Source: Pecten maximus (Eukaryota). Taken from it: 64,000 nucleotides of DNA. The stretch is from the NCBI RefSeq assembly GCF_902652985.1, contig NC_047030.1, positions 5,828,001-5,892,000 on the forward strand, given 5' to 3'. A model generated the notes under the pieces. The model did not search any database. It saw only the letters and a list, made by a program, of their open reading frames with translations, and was not told the DNA's origin. Shown here piece by piece: positions 37,972-50,289 of this stretch (positions within the stretch are counted from its first letter, which is position 1; each line of letters opens with the position of its first letter). The position numbers and the translations under genes were made by a program.

Positions 37972-38671
37972 ATAATTGTATCTACTGCCTTCAATGCATG
38001 ATCCTAAGATGCGACTAAACTTGGAATATTAAATCAATCCCAATGTCTCCCTTGCCTCAATTTTGGCCTTTTGTTAAGCGATTCGCCCATGTAACGAAGG
38101 CTTTGGGTTCTGTCTCCTGGCCAAGACATCCTCCTTAAAGCTCAGCCTTTCCGGGAGTGGAACGACTGGTTCGCCCTTCATCAATATAATATTATCGATG
38201 AGGTATCCAGCTAGGCTGTCTTCAGCAGTATACTTCAGTGAGGTAACACTATAAAATCTGCATCAGTTCCGCGCTATCACAAGGATACAAACACGAACAT
38301 ACCATAGCTTCCCAAAATACACACGCACACACTTCAAGCCTGTATCTCGCAAACAGGGGAGGCCGTCCTAAATGACTTCAGTGGTTGATAGGACGTTAAA
38401 TAATACTTAACCAAACCCAAACAGGGGAGGCCGTCCTAAATGACTTCAGTGGTTGATAGGACGTTAAATAATACTAAACCAAACCCAAACAGGGGAGGCC
38501 GTCCTAAATGACTTCAGTGGTTGATAGGACGTTAAATAATACTTAACCAAACCCAAACAGGGGAGGCCGTCCTAAATGACTTCAGTGGTTGATAGGACGT
38601 TAAATAATACTAAACCAAACCCAAACAGGGGAGGCCATCCTAAATGACTTCAATGATTGATAGGACGTTAA
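37972..38671 (+). mobile_element. Bivalve SINE whose 3' end is amplified as a 68-bp tandem repeat (~4.7 copies, 38351-38671)
   Basis: Same family as 24320 and 30339. The unit is AAACAGGGGAGGCCGTCCTAAATGACTTCAGTGGTTGATAGGACGTTAAATAATACTTAACCAAACCC. Confidence 0.85.
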
Positions 38672-38774
38672 ACATTACAAAAAAAACCATTCCTCTCTAC
38701 AATATATATAATGATCGTTCATGACGCTCTTTTTATCATGGCATTATCAATATTCTTATGTTAAAATCTTCTAA

Positions 38775-39423
38775 GGTAGCACACCACAGTAAGACAGCCT
38801 GGCCATGGGCAATTTTTGTATTAAGCAAATAACTCCTGTATTATGATATGCATAAAAAATGAAAAAATAAATGTACACTATAATTGGTATATTCAGTATG
38901 AAGTAGTACATACAGGCTTCACATTTATTAAAACAAAAATCAATAAATTGGTTCCGGATTTTAAATATCCGGATTTTCCGAACGTGTGTTTACACAGGAA
39001 ATTTAGTTTTGCCTACAGCGCAAAATGGAAGCCCGCAGAAAAGGTAAGATAGCGGAAAAACTTAATTTACAACATATGTCCAAACAAGATTAATTCTGTC
39101 TTTGGGATAGAGATATTTAATTTTAAATAGGTTTCAGAAAAAAAATTGTGTAGAGAATTGTGCCATTTTGGGTCAAATATCATAATATTTTGCAATTTTT
39201 GAGAAATTTTTAAGCTGTTACCATGGTATTCACAGCTCTAAAAATCACAGAAAATATCAGTTTACTTATCCTTCAGAGCTCTATTAAAATTGCAAATGTT
39301 GTACAGATTTCAAATATATATACTTTATTAGAGGTTATATGTAAGGCTAACTGGCAATGTTTACATATCTAAATCATGTGCCATATTTTTCATAATTTGG
39401 CATTTTTACTGTACACTGCTACC
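38775..39423. mobile_element. Non-autonomous DNA transposon, Kolobok-like
   Basis: Imperfect TIRs GGTAGCACACCACAGTAA / TTACTGTACACTGCTACC with degenerate TTAA-like flanks (CTAA/TAAA). Confidence 0.55.
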
Positions 39424-39507
39424 TAAAAGGATAGTATTACTGCAAAGTTACTTTTCAGCATTTTGTTTCTTCCATAAGTAAGGTTAAACTTTGTTGTAAA
39501 TTCTTAC

Positions 39508-39820
39508 CATGTCCGGCTTCGTAGTTAATCCACCCAGACCCTCCGACGTGTGGCGATCCTTGCGTTGTCCGCGTCAACATCATACAGACATTGTCGCTGG
39601 TCCTTACAGCTAAAGTAGAACATAGGGGATTCATCAAACACCGTCTGGCACACTGCAGCTCCATATTTGACGTGAACGACCCAATGATATTTTGAACATG
39701 ATCTAAACTACGATTACTAGTTTTGAAATGAAAGCTTGAACTGTTGTATGCTGGACGGATTAAGTGAACTATTATGTAAAAAACACAGAGAAATGTACGT
39801 CCTGTGTGATAAAACATCAT
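39508..39820 (-). CDS. PAN/Apple + C-type lectin protein, exon 1 (signal peptide + PAN/Apple domain); spliced product 241 aa
   Basis: Hydrophobic N-terminus and the PAN pattern QCARRCLMNPLCS......VCMM...GW. The donor G|GTAAG at 39507 is phase 1, compatible with exon 2. Confidence 0.8.
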
Positions 39821-40413
39821 AGCATTTCACTTAACTGGTACATTTATGCTGTTACGTCCATGTAGTACAGGCCATCTGTTCAGCAGTGTTGAGCATGTGA
39901 GACAATAATTACAATTATAGACAGAAATCCAGAACCGTACACATCTCTGTCCTGGCCGATCGTTGTAAGGATCCTATAAACACTGCCTCACATTCATATC
40001 GTCAATAAATCAACTTATACATACATCCATGGCCTGTATCACATTATAGGCACAATAACCCTGAATTGAAAAGGTATTCACTTGATCGTGCTTCCGTTGT
40101 ATTAGTGCATTGTGTTGCAATAGTGTATTATGTTGTAATTGTGTATTGTGTGAATTTCAAATATTCCCTTTTTGTGCAAACGCTGATTTGGTAATTTATT
40201 GGTATTCATGAGTATAATCTAGTTTTACCTGAAATTGATTCATTAAACAAGAACTGCCTTGACACATAATTATTATATTTGTGCTTACTTTGCATATTTT
40301 ACTAAAGTATAACGTTTCGTGCTTTATAATAACCAGTCAGATGTCTTATTGACGTCAACTAGACATGTACAATGCTACCTTTTGTTTGCGATCTTAATCG
40401 TCCAGTGAACAAC

Positions 40414-40517
40414 TGCAACGAGAGAAAAAGTACCAGCTAGACAGGGGTTTGAACCTGGGACCTCCGACCACTAGCCGGATGCTCTACCAATTGAGCTACC
40501 AGTCCAGTTCCGCTACA
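40414..40517 (-). mobile_element. Second copy of the tRNA-containing mini-LTR
   Basis: The minus strand reads TGTAGCGGAACTGGACTGGTAGCTCAATTGGTAGAGCA..CTAGT..GGTTCAAACCCCTGTCTAG...GTTGCA. Flanks are CAAC/CGAC (4-bp TSD with a CpG transition). Confidence 0.65.
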
Positions 40518-40942
40518 CGACCATGGTAATTTTAGGCTGGTGTCCTTGTAGTAGTTGATGACTACATCCCTGGCCGTATGAGGCGTCTCATGCTTAACAC
40601 AGCAGTTCGTATAAAGTGTTTTGTCTAAGGACAACTACGAATACACATACGCATTAGTATAAAGAGTAAATCATAACAGTCACCTCTGATATTTAACTAG
40701 GGTCTTATTGTCTGAAATTGATCTTCTGCCATCTAAAAAGAACAATAAACTCAAAATAGTTACAGATAATCATTTCTCTTCAATTTAAAATGTTTTAAAT
40801 AGACGATTTTTTAGAGAGTGTCAAATAAATGATTGTTTAGTTTTATATGTACTAACAAATATATGTATTGCTAACGTTGTTCAGAAATTCTAGTTGCATT
40901 GCTCTCTTATTAGGTATAGATGTCAAAAATATATAAATGAGA

Positions 40943-41390
40943 CATGTGTCTTATGAAAATTAACTAGTCACGTGTCTTATGACAGTTAATCAGTCACGTG
41001 TCCTATGACAGTTAATCAGTCATGTGTCTGATGGAAGTTTACTAGCCATACGTCGTATGGAAGGTTACCAGCCATTTGTTTCATAAAAGTTCGTCAGTCA
41101 TCTGTCTTATGAAAGTTTGTTAGCCATATGTCTTATGGAAATTTACAAGTCATTTGTCTTATGAAAGTTTATTAGCCATATGTCTTATGGAAATTTATAA
41201 GTCATTTGTCTTATGAAAGTTTATCAGTCACGTGTCATATGAAAGGTTATCAGTCACGTGTCATATGAAAGGTTACCAGTCACGTGTCATATGGAAGGTT
41301 ACCAGTCACGTGTCGTATGAAAGGTTATCAGTCACGTGTCGTATGAGAGGTTATCAGTCACGTGTCATATGAAAGGTTATCAGTCATGCG
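40943..41390. repeat. Minisatellite, 26-bp unit, ~17 copies
   Basis: Unit TCAGTCACGTGTCATATGAAAGGTTA. Confidence 0.92.
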
Positions 41391-44053
41391 TGTTAAAAAG
41401 AACGTCCTGTGCATGTATACATTTTGAAATGTGTCACTATTCCATTGAATTAAAACACGCACTTGATTTTAGCACCTTACAAAAAAATGGTAGTTAGATA
41501 CAATCGAGAATTTAAACTGTATTGAACATCTACAATGTATGTCGTCCTTCTAGAAGACTTTCAAGTCATGATAATAATAACAAAACTGTTAATATATGTA
41601 TATCAGGTTTTGTTCAACTTTATGTGGTTCTATTATAATTCAATCAGAGGGAATTTTTTATCGATTTCCTTCAGGAGAATTGTGACTCATCTCTTTGTTG
41701 GTTAACATCTTTAGAATGCAAATATACCTTCCGTTACATATTATTAACATTCAGTGCTTATTTCAAAATCTGTCATGTTGTTAGTTACATAAACTCAGCT
41801 ACATACAAAAGTTCTCTGATAACCTTTGGACCGGAATTCAAACAATCCAGAGAATTAAGAGTCAATTTACAACAAAAAAACCCATCAATAAACTAGTATT
41901 ACACAACGATACTCACGCGGTTGGCGACCTTAACTATTCTACTGAACGCTTTGAAGGTTTGAATACTTACGTTATGTTTTGGACCAATCAAGGCCTCACT
42001 GTTGTGATTATTAACTGTTGATGGTGTTATAAATGTTCTATTGACCAGGGCAAAAAAAAGTCGTCGTCCGAGGTCGATATTTTTTCAATGGAAAAACCCA
42101 ACAAATTTAAACAGAAAAGCAAAAAATATACACCATGTTTATCTTTGATGTAGTGGTATGAATGACAACGACCTAGTTTGTAAAGCTTGATGGACTATGA
42201 CTATTCAATGTGGCCACGTGAGGCTTCGAAGCTTTGCAAAACAATCTATTATCAAACCGATTGCTTGTAAAGGACATCTTTTTAGTCCATAATTTCATTA
42301 AAATTATTCGTTTTATTTACCGAGGTGCATTGTAGTGATATAAACAATTATGGTAATTGGTCTTTTTGTTATACTACGACATTTTATTTCCAGGACTAAG
42401 TTAAGTCCACTTTTATGTTTTTTACTTCTAACGAGTCTCCGACGAGCTAAACATATTACAGGTAGTAATGATAAATGGCATTTATATCAAATATTGTTTT
42501 TATTTGTATAAAAACCCAAGCATGAAGATGAAATACGAACACACACCACGTGTTGGCTCAAAACCAGTTTTTTTCGTTTTAGATGTCACAATGTTTACAT
42601 GACTATTTGTAATTATCACAAGTCAAGAAAAAAAAACCAAACAGTTATACATATGAGGATTTTGGTCCACAGTGAAGGACATTCCAGCATGAAGGTATAA
42701 CCCCGACGCTCTAAATGCACGGGAAATACATGTTAACAGTTCGATATGCATGTGAATAAATTGTCGCCGGATTTTGTTGAATAGAATGTAAACGTGACAA
42801 TTATACATTTCTATCTAACAAAGGAGCTTCAACGTTAATATAAAATAACATTCAAAGAAGACAATAGTTGAGTAGCACAATCAATATTATTAGAGCATTG
42901 TAAACAACGTTGTCATCAGTATTATTTTTTGAGTACTTTGGTTGATTGACATACAATTGCATAAGAGTGTTTTTAAAGGTATGCTACCCTTTTATACTCG
43001 ACTATCCCGATTCATCCAAGGTCGTCTAAGGGCTTTTAAGTAGCACGTATTATACATGTTAAATTATTAAAATTGGCTAATGTTTGCCATAGTTATGCTC
43101 TAAACAACTGCACCAAGGTGAAATTAAATTATTATTTTATTTCAATGATTTTATCCTGATTTGAAAAGTATGGCTAAAAATATTTTGTGATCCGGTTTGT
43201 GCGATTACCATTTGCTTTGTCGATAACTTGTTCAAAGGACCCCTGAGGGATAATAATTTTAATATATTAGTGTCCTTGGTCGCTGTCCGTTTGTCGATAG
43301 ATTGTTCATGAGACTCCGGAGGAATATCATTTTAATATATTTATGTCGAAAGATTTTTCAAGACACATCGGGGAAAGTATGATTTTGATATATTTGTGTC
43401 TTCGGTCGCATATCACAAGATAATTAGACATTCGGCACACGGGGCAGTAAAGTGATGCATGTGGTTTTATAGTTCGATAGGCAGAGGCAGATACATGTAG
43501 TAGTTCAGAAGCAATTAAAGGTGGAGAACCCCTCAGTACAAATGACAATGACAGAGTCTTCAGACAAACGAAACCACGGGGCCAGCCATGGTAGACATTA
43601 GAAAATTGTATTAACAGAAGAGGAACTAATTTGTTCGTAACAAGATTCAAAATTTTTATTACTGTTACAATTATAACATGACAAACAAGAACATTGATTA
43701 CTTTAAAAAATGTACGCAATTAACTTTTATGCCTGCAAGCGTTCGCGTCTGGTTTTTGCAATTGGTGCACTTATTGAATTTGTAAATAAAATGATATCAA
43801 ATCATTCTTTTATTCCAATACAATATGCTTCAAATCAAGCTAGCAGTTTTAACAGTTATATGATGATATGATAGCGAAGTGTTTTAAATAAAACCGCTGA
43901 GGTTGCATTCAATTTTTTTTTAATTAGGTACCCACTTCATATCCCCAAATTTAACATTCATCAAAACATATTTCTGTCAATGTCGGTGAGGTAGAGGACA
44001 GGCCCGGCATCCATTGGAGACTTTCCAAAACAATGATAATTCCACTATACATA

Positions 44054-45192
44054 TCATTTCGTGGGAATATCTACATGTTTCAAAAGCAAGTTATTATAAC
44101 CGACGACTCCAGTTAACGATTCGAAAGACACAGAGGATCCGATATACCAAATTCCATATTTCCCTTGCATGTCGAATATATCCCATAATATTCCACTAGC
44201 CATGTCAGGAATGGAAAACCTAGGGAAGTAGTTATCCCACACTATTTGTTTCTGCACTTTCAAAACTTTTGCCTGATTCACATTTTCGATGTGATTTCGT
44301 AAAATCCGTTTAGCAGTTGCCCTGTTTGGCCTCGATTGGGGCTCCTGGTAGTATATGGACGACTCTATTTTCCTACCGTCGGTTCCACCCGGATATATCC
44401 CACTGGAGTAGTTAGTTCCGAGAATATCACGTAACGAGGCATAGGAGTCTCGAAATCCCCAGACCAGATTATCAATTTTACTGTTGATGTTGTCGACGTA
44501 ATACCCCGTCGGAGCCCCACTCCGTCTGCCGTAAGTGGTGTCCACCAGAGTTGATATGATATAGTAGTCGAACGACCTTTGGAAATATGAATTCTCTTCT
44601 CTGTTAAATTGAATGATATTTGACATGGTTCTCAAAGTTGGAGTTAAGATAAGAAAGTCAAACTTTTCAAAACGAAAGAATTTGCAATCTCTATAGATAA
44701 CGCGAAAGCCCTTTCTTGTTCGTATAATTCCGAGAACTGGGCTATTAAGTTTGACATTCAAATTGTTCTGTCTTTTCATCTCCTGCCAGAGAAATTGAAA
44801 TCCTTTACTGAGAATTTTTATATTTCTTGTTCCATCAGTTCGCGGAATTATGCCCAGTAGGAATTTTGGCGTTAACCACATCATTGCGTACAGAGCGGAA
44901 ATCTCATCCACGTGACCATACCCTTGCATTGTGGCAGCAGGAATAAAGAGTGCCTTCAAAATTTCAATGTCATGTTTACGTAAAAAATCCAAAAAAGTCA
45001 TATTTGTTGCGGCTAGTACCGTCCGGTCTGGGCGCGGCATTAGCATCCCTTCATACTGGCCGAATAGCTCCCCATGTAGTCGAACATATTTCTGAATAGC
45101 CGCCATGAAAAACTGGAGCTCAGTGCCATTAGCCAGGTCGGGTCTTAACTTTCTAGCCTCCAATCCATAGTACTGGGATGTTTTCAGTGGTA
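44054..45192 (-). CDS. FAD-dependent polyenoic/linoleate fatty-acid isomerase-like flavoprotein, paralog 1, last exon
   Basis: Acceptor TTTTACAG at 45193, phase 1, then 378 codons open to the stop. Motifs MTFLDFL, QGYGHVDEISALY, KGFQFLW, FDFLILT, W.NYFPRFS and MQGKYGIWYIGSSVSFES. Confidence 0.88.
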
Positions 45193-45344
45193 CTGTAAAA
45201 CAGAGACGAAGTGTTCAAGCTTTGAGCTGACTCACATAGAAACATGCCAATTTCGTTTAACTTTAAGATCTGTTCATGGGTAACGTCAAAAACAGTGTAT
45301 ACTATGGTGATATAGATAAGTCATAATCAAAATAGTAAGATTTG

Positions 45345-45630
45345 GTTGTGTATGGTTTTGTACTATTTAGCATCTTTTCAACAGCTATGGTCATTTAGGA
45401 GGGGCTCCGTTGTATGCGAGATGCATGTGTGTTTTGGGAGCCTGTGGTACGTTCGTGTTGGTCTCCCTGTACAGGGTGGAACTGATGTCGCTACCTCCCT
45501 GAAGTCTGTGGTACGTTCGTGTTGGTCTCCCTGTACAGGATGGAACTGATGTCGCTACCTCCCTGAAGTACATTGCCACTGCCTCTAAGACATCCAGTAA
45601 AACATCATACAACCAATATAATGACAACGA
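45345..45630 (-). mobile_element. Degraded bivalve SINE with an internal 64-bp duplication (45442-45569)
   Basis: Homologous to the 30339 copy (GGTCATTTA.GA.GG.CTCC..TGGGAG.CTG.GGTA.GTTCGTGTT). Confidence 0.7.
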
Positions 45631-45872
45631 GCGAACCTATCGTTCTATAGTAAAATATCTCGACAGGAGAATACAAAACCTCCATCACAGAGCCAAATAT
45701 GGCCGATTCAAGGAATTCTATTCAGAAATTAGAGTAATTAAATACGGTTAGGTTTGTTTATACTACAAAATTAACATTTCTGTTTTATCTCTCATCAATA
45801 CAATGTTAATCTTAACTGTCTTAACTAACTGAATTATTGGTAGATACAGTCTAGTCCAGTTAAATTGTAGTT

Positions 45873-47050
45873 TATACCCCCGGGGTATCTACCATCCCAT
45901 ATACAGTGTCCCCACTCACCTGTATCCCCGGGGTATCTACCACCTTATATACAGTGTCCCCACTCACCTGTATCCCCGGGGTATCTACCACCTCATATAC
46001 AGTGTCCCCACTCACCTGTATCCCCGGGGGATCTACCATCCCATATACAGTGTCCCCACTCACCTGTACCCCCGGGGTATCTACCACCTTATATACAGTG
46101 TCCCCACTCACCTGTACCCCCGGGGGATCTACCATCCCATATACAATGTCCCCACTCACCTGTACCCCCGGGGTATCTACCACCTCATATACAGTGTCCC
46201 CACTCACCTGTATCCCCGGGGTATCTACCACATTATATACAGTGTCCCCACTCACCTGTACCCCCGGGGTATCTACCACCTCATATATAGTGTCCTCACT
46301 AATCCTGTACCCCCGGGGTATCTACCACCTTATATACAGTGTCCCCACTCACCTGTATCCCCGGGGTATCTACCACCTCATATACAGTGTCCCCACTCAC
46401 CTGTACCCCCGGGGTATCTAACACCTCATATACAGTGTCCCCACTCACCTGTATCCCCGGGGTATCTAGCACCTCATATACAGTGTCCCCACTAATCCTG
46501 TACCCCCGGGGTATCTAGCACCTCATTTATGTTGTCCCCAATCACCTGTACCCCCGGGGTATCTAACACCTCATATATAGTGTCCCTATTAATCATGTAC
46601 CCCCCGGGGTATCTACCACCCCATATACAATGTCCCAACTCACCTGTACCCCCGGGGTATCTACCACATTATATACAGTGTCCCCACTCACCTGTACCCC
46701 CGGGGTATCTACCACATTATATACAGTGTCCCCACTCACCTGTATCCCCGGGGTATCTACCACCTTATATACAGTGTCCCCACTCACCTGTACCCCCAGG
46801 GTATCTACCACATTATATACAGTGTCCCCACTCACCTGTACCCCCGGGGTATCTACCACTTCATATATAGTGTCCCTACTCACCTGTACCCCTGGGGCAT
46901 CTACCATATCATATATAGTGTCCCCACTCACCTGTACCCCCGGGGTACCTACCACCTCCTATATAGTGTCCCTACTCACCTGTACCCCTGGGGCATCTAC
47001 CATATCATATATAGTGTCCCCACTCACCTTTACCCCCCGGAGTATCTACC
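45873..47050 (-). repeat. Minisatellite, 45-bp unit, ~26 copies, derived from an exon/intron junction
   Basis: Minus-strand unit GTGGTAGATACCCCGGGGGTACAGGTGAGTGGGGACACTGTATATAAG-like. The first unit overlaps the exon end WVDTPGGK and its donor. Confidence 0.95.
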
Positions 47051-47244
47051 CACATGTCTGGGCCCGGCATGGGGAGGATGTCCCCAGCGTCATGCTCTCG
47101 GACCAGGTCGTATATCTCGGTGTAATCTGGTTGTCCGTAACATGTCCCAAATTCATGCGGAACACCTCGGTGGTATATCGTTCGTGACTTCCCGCCAACG
47201 TCTTCTGATCCCTCAAATACTACCACATTTTCAAATCCAGCATT
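47028..47244 (-). CDS. Fatty-acid isomerase-like paralog 1, internal exon
   Basis: Acceptor TTGACAG and donor AAG|GTGAGT, 217 bp, phase 0-1. Encodes NAGFENVVVFEGSEDVGGKSRTIYHRGVPHEFGTCYGQPDY (the GG motif of the amine-oxidase-fold flavoproteins). Confidence 0.9.
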
Positions 47245-47487
47245 CTGTCAACATTCAAGTAAGATCGTTAACATACATTGTACTTTAATGTGACATATAC
47301 AGGATCTTAGAAATGGCGACGATCAACATATTTCTGTAGTTTTTTTCTGTTTTTCATTAAAAACTGACATAACATTAAATCAACCTCACAGTGGTATCCT
47401 CTACACTGTTATTGTTTTAATTCTTGTTCCTATGTGCATACATCGTATGTCATTTAATTTACATATAAAACACATTAACCTCCATAC

Positions 47488-47606
47488 CTTAAGCTTGTAA
47501 GCCATGTGAATCCCGGAAGGTCCCCCTCCAACAATAGCTATTTTGTCTTTTAGAGACTTAGGACCTGGGATCCTTTTCATACTCTTCGGTATTTTTTCAA
47601 CATGGA
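47488..47606 (-). CDS. Fatty-acid isomerase-like paralog 1, exon with the FAD-binding GxGxxG motif
   Basis: Acceptor TTTACAG and donor AAG|GTATG. Encodes KDKIAIVGGGPSGIHMAYKLK. Confidence 0.88.
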
Positions 47607-48568
47607 CTGTAAAGGGAATCATATCATGTAAGTGTATAAATATCAACGTTACAGAACTAACCGTTATCAACATTATGATTCACTATTTTAATTATTCATC
47701 AAAGAAGAAAACAAGACATAGGCTTAAACGAAAACAAGTACATTGTATATATATTTATGTAGCAGTAAATACATTGAAAATCTGACAAACAAATTATATG
47801 ATAAGGAAGGAAATCCAGCTTAACCAACATGTCGTTTAATATAAAAAAAAATCATTTAATAATTCTAAAATGATATAAACTTAGCGCAGTTTGCAAACAA
47901 AACAAAAGCGGTAAACAACAGTAAAAAGGTACAAAAAACACACACACACACACAAACAACAAAAAAACGAAAAACAAACAAAAAACAAACAAAAGAAACG
48001 TTAACTCTTTGTGAAATTCATAAATGCATACTTTCGGAATATTTTACCTTTTGAAGTGTACATCTATTTTGCATACAGGGAGTTATCTCCCTATCCACCA
48101 ACTAGATTCTATGTGATTCCGCTAATAACAGTAACAACAGTTTTAAAAACTAATTTGAGAGAATTTCATGAAAACTCATGTTTTGGAGCAAAGGAGAATT
48201 AAGATTTTCGCTAACAAGTGATTAAGCTAAGCTCCTTTGAACAGATCGGCCCAGGTAGTAATTTATATTAATTAGCCTTGTCTGAATAAATAAGGTAATG
48301 GATGACTGTTATGGTAGTTATTTCCCTTCCCTCACGTTTAACGTAAGAATGTTATATATCTGCCACAATTAGACAACATTGCCTTACTGTATAATTGATT
48401 TACATTGTACGTTTTTCGTCTTGTGTATATTTTGTATGTTCAGCTTACGACAGTCATCTTAACTTAGCAATATAGAGAACATGCCGAGTAATGGAAACCT
48501 TCAGTGAATCTGCTGTGACATTAGGATTTGCATGTCCTGAACTGGTACAGCAATTCATAAGTGTATGT

Positions 48569-48675
48569 AACCTCGAGATACCGTGCTACGGTAAACCTCG
48601 AGATGCCATGCTACGGTAAACCTCGAGATACCATGCTACGGTAAACCTCGAGATACCATGCTACGGTAAACCTCG
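48569..48675. repeat. Tandem repeat, 25-bp unit, ~4 copies
   Basis: AACCTCGAGATACCATGCTACGGTA. Confidence 0.92.
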
Positions 48676-49058
48676 TGCAATAAATACTCCTCATAGCAGA
48701 GTCTCAACCTTGTAAATGTTCTTTAACTTTCAAGATTAATTATCATTTCAAATGTTAGCAAGCTGTACAATCCAAGAGCTAAAACTTCATCTCTGAAGAG
48801 AGTTGACCTTGTTAATTAGGTGCTGTACAAGACACCGATACCTATTATCTAACATATACATATATAGTGCTTCTTAAAAGATAACCTTGTTTATGATATA
48901 TAATATCATAAAATACCTTCATTGATTCATAACAATGGAACTTTATATGTATTACAATATATATAGAAGGCCATCTCCGGCTGCCACTGGGTCATCTCTT
49001 CGTTTTACTGCGTCTAACCCATGGGAGCAAGAACTTTTGAAATCGGTACCTTTCCTAT

Positions 49059-49212
49059 TGTAACTACAGTATGTAAATCACATGATCGATTAAATTCCAA
49101 TCACTGCCTCCGCTAGGGTTCAAACCCAGGACCTCTGGCTTACTAGTTTTACGCTCAACTGATCGAGCTAAAAAGGTGTCTCTCTAGCCGAGAGATATTT
49201 ACCATGGTTACA
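49059..49212 (-). mobile_element. tRNA-containing mini-LTR, second family
   Basis: Perfect TGTAAC...GTTACA ends around a minus-strand tRNA-like segment (TAGCTCGATCAGTTGAGC..CT-AGT-AA..GGGTTTGAACCC). The flanks CTAT/TAAT are not a clean TSD. Confidence 0.55.
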
Positions 49213-50289
49213 TAATTAAATATGATTATATTCTCTGTCTGTAAAAACAGGAACGTCATACAGAAAATGGAATATATACTCGTGGGGACTTCGGTGTCGC
49301 ATTGCAACTCCGAGACCAGACGGACAACTCGTCCCAGAGTTGATTTGCTGTAGAGCGTGACAACCATCAGGGTAGTTTATACCTGTTCAAGCTTGTTTAC
49401 AGACTATTTACCTACCCTGGCGTGATCGAATACCACACTTGCCATTGTCGGTATATTATACTCGTGTATATATATCGTATTCGGTCATCCTTCACAACAT
49501 TGATGTCAAAAATTGAAATCGGTGTTTTACCTGTACCGATAGAAATTTAGAGCCATATTGACGGGTCGCTTACAGACGGGTCGCTTTACCTGTCCAAAAG
49601 CTAGGCCAGTGTCTGAAGTGAGAGGAATTCGCGCAGTGCTGTTGTTGGGTACAAGGTAACACCGTGCTTTTTCAGTGTATGGAGGTGCAGGTACTCTTTC
49701 ATAAGTATCCCCGGCAAATGGAAATTGGGCGGGGGAAGGTTCCCGTGAAGAAAATAGATACTAAACATATCTAAATTATATTAATAACTTATTTAAAAGA
49801 TATATTTAACATTTTAAAATGATTATTAGATACGTGTAATTCGATCTTTGTCCATTCAAATACAAAATTCAATAGTGGGTATCTCCCTTATAACGATAAA
49901 TGTTACATGTTAAAATTGATTACGGATTATCATGACACAATAACATGTGCGACACAGATATTAGAAATAAATAATTAATAAAGTAAAAATGGATTTTTAA
50001 TAACTAGGTAAACATTGTGTTTGTTTTAATTTTCTGTTCCAACGGGATTAAGTAAAACGCATTATTTACCACGTGTGAATTAATACTTTATAATCTGTAT
50101 CAAGTCCAAAAACTCAACGATTGTTTAACGTTATTGAACCAATAGTTGTTTGGATAAAATTACGAGCAACAGTTGGTATTATAATTGATTGATTGCACAG
50201 CTTTGGAAATAATGTTTTCATGTTGTGAAAAAACACATAACGCCAAGTTTTTGATAAGTCAGACTTTCCGGAAATAATCATCTGATCCA

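Noticed and set aside
45872-47187. Repetitive ORFs on both strands (VVDTPGVQVSGDTVY etc.)
   Set aside because: They are translations of the intronic 45-bp minisatellite. The gene frame stops at 47005 if read through.
49280-49347. Possible second exon (QINSGTSCPSGLGVAMRHRSPH) linking the signal exon to the FAD exon
   Set aside because: It is phase 0-2 with a weak donor, whereas the next acceptor needs phase 1. It cannot be supported without transcripts.
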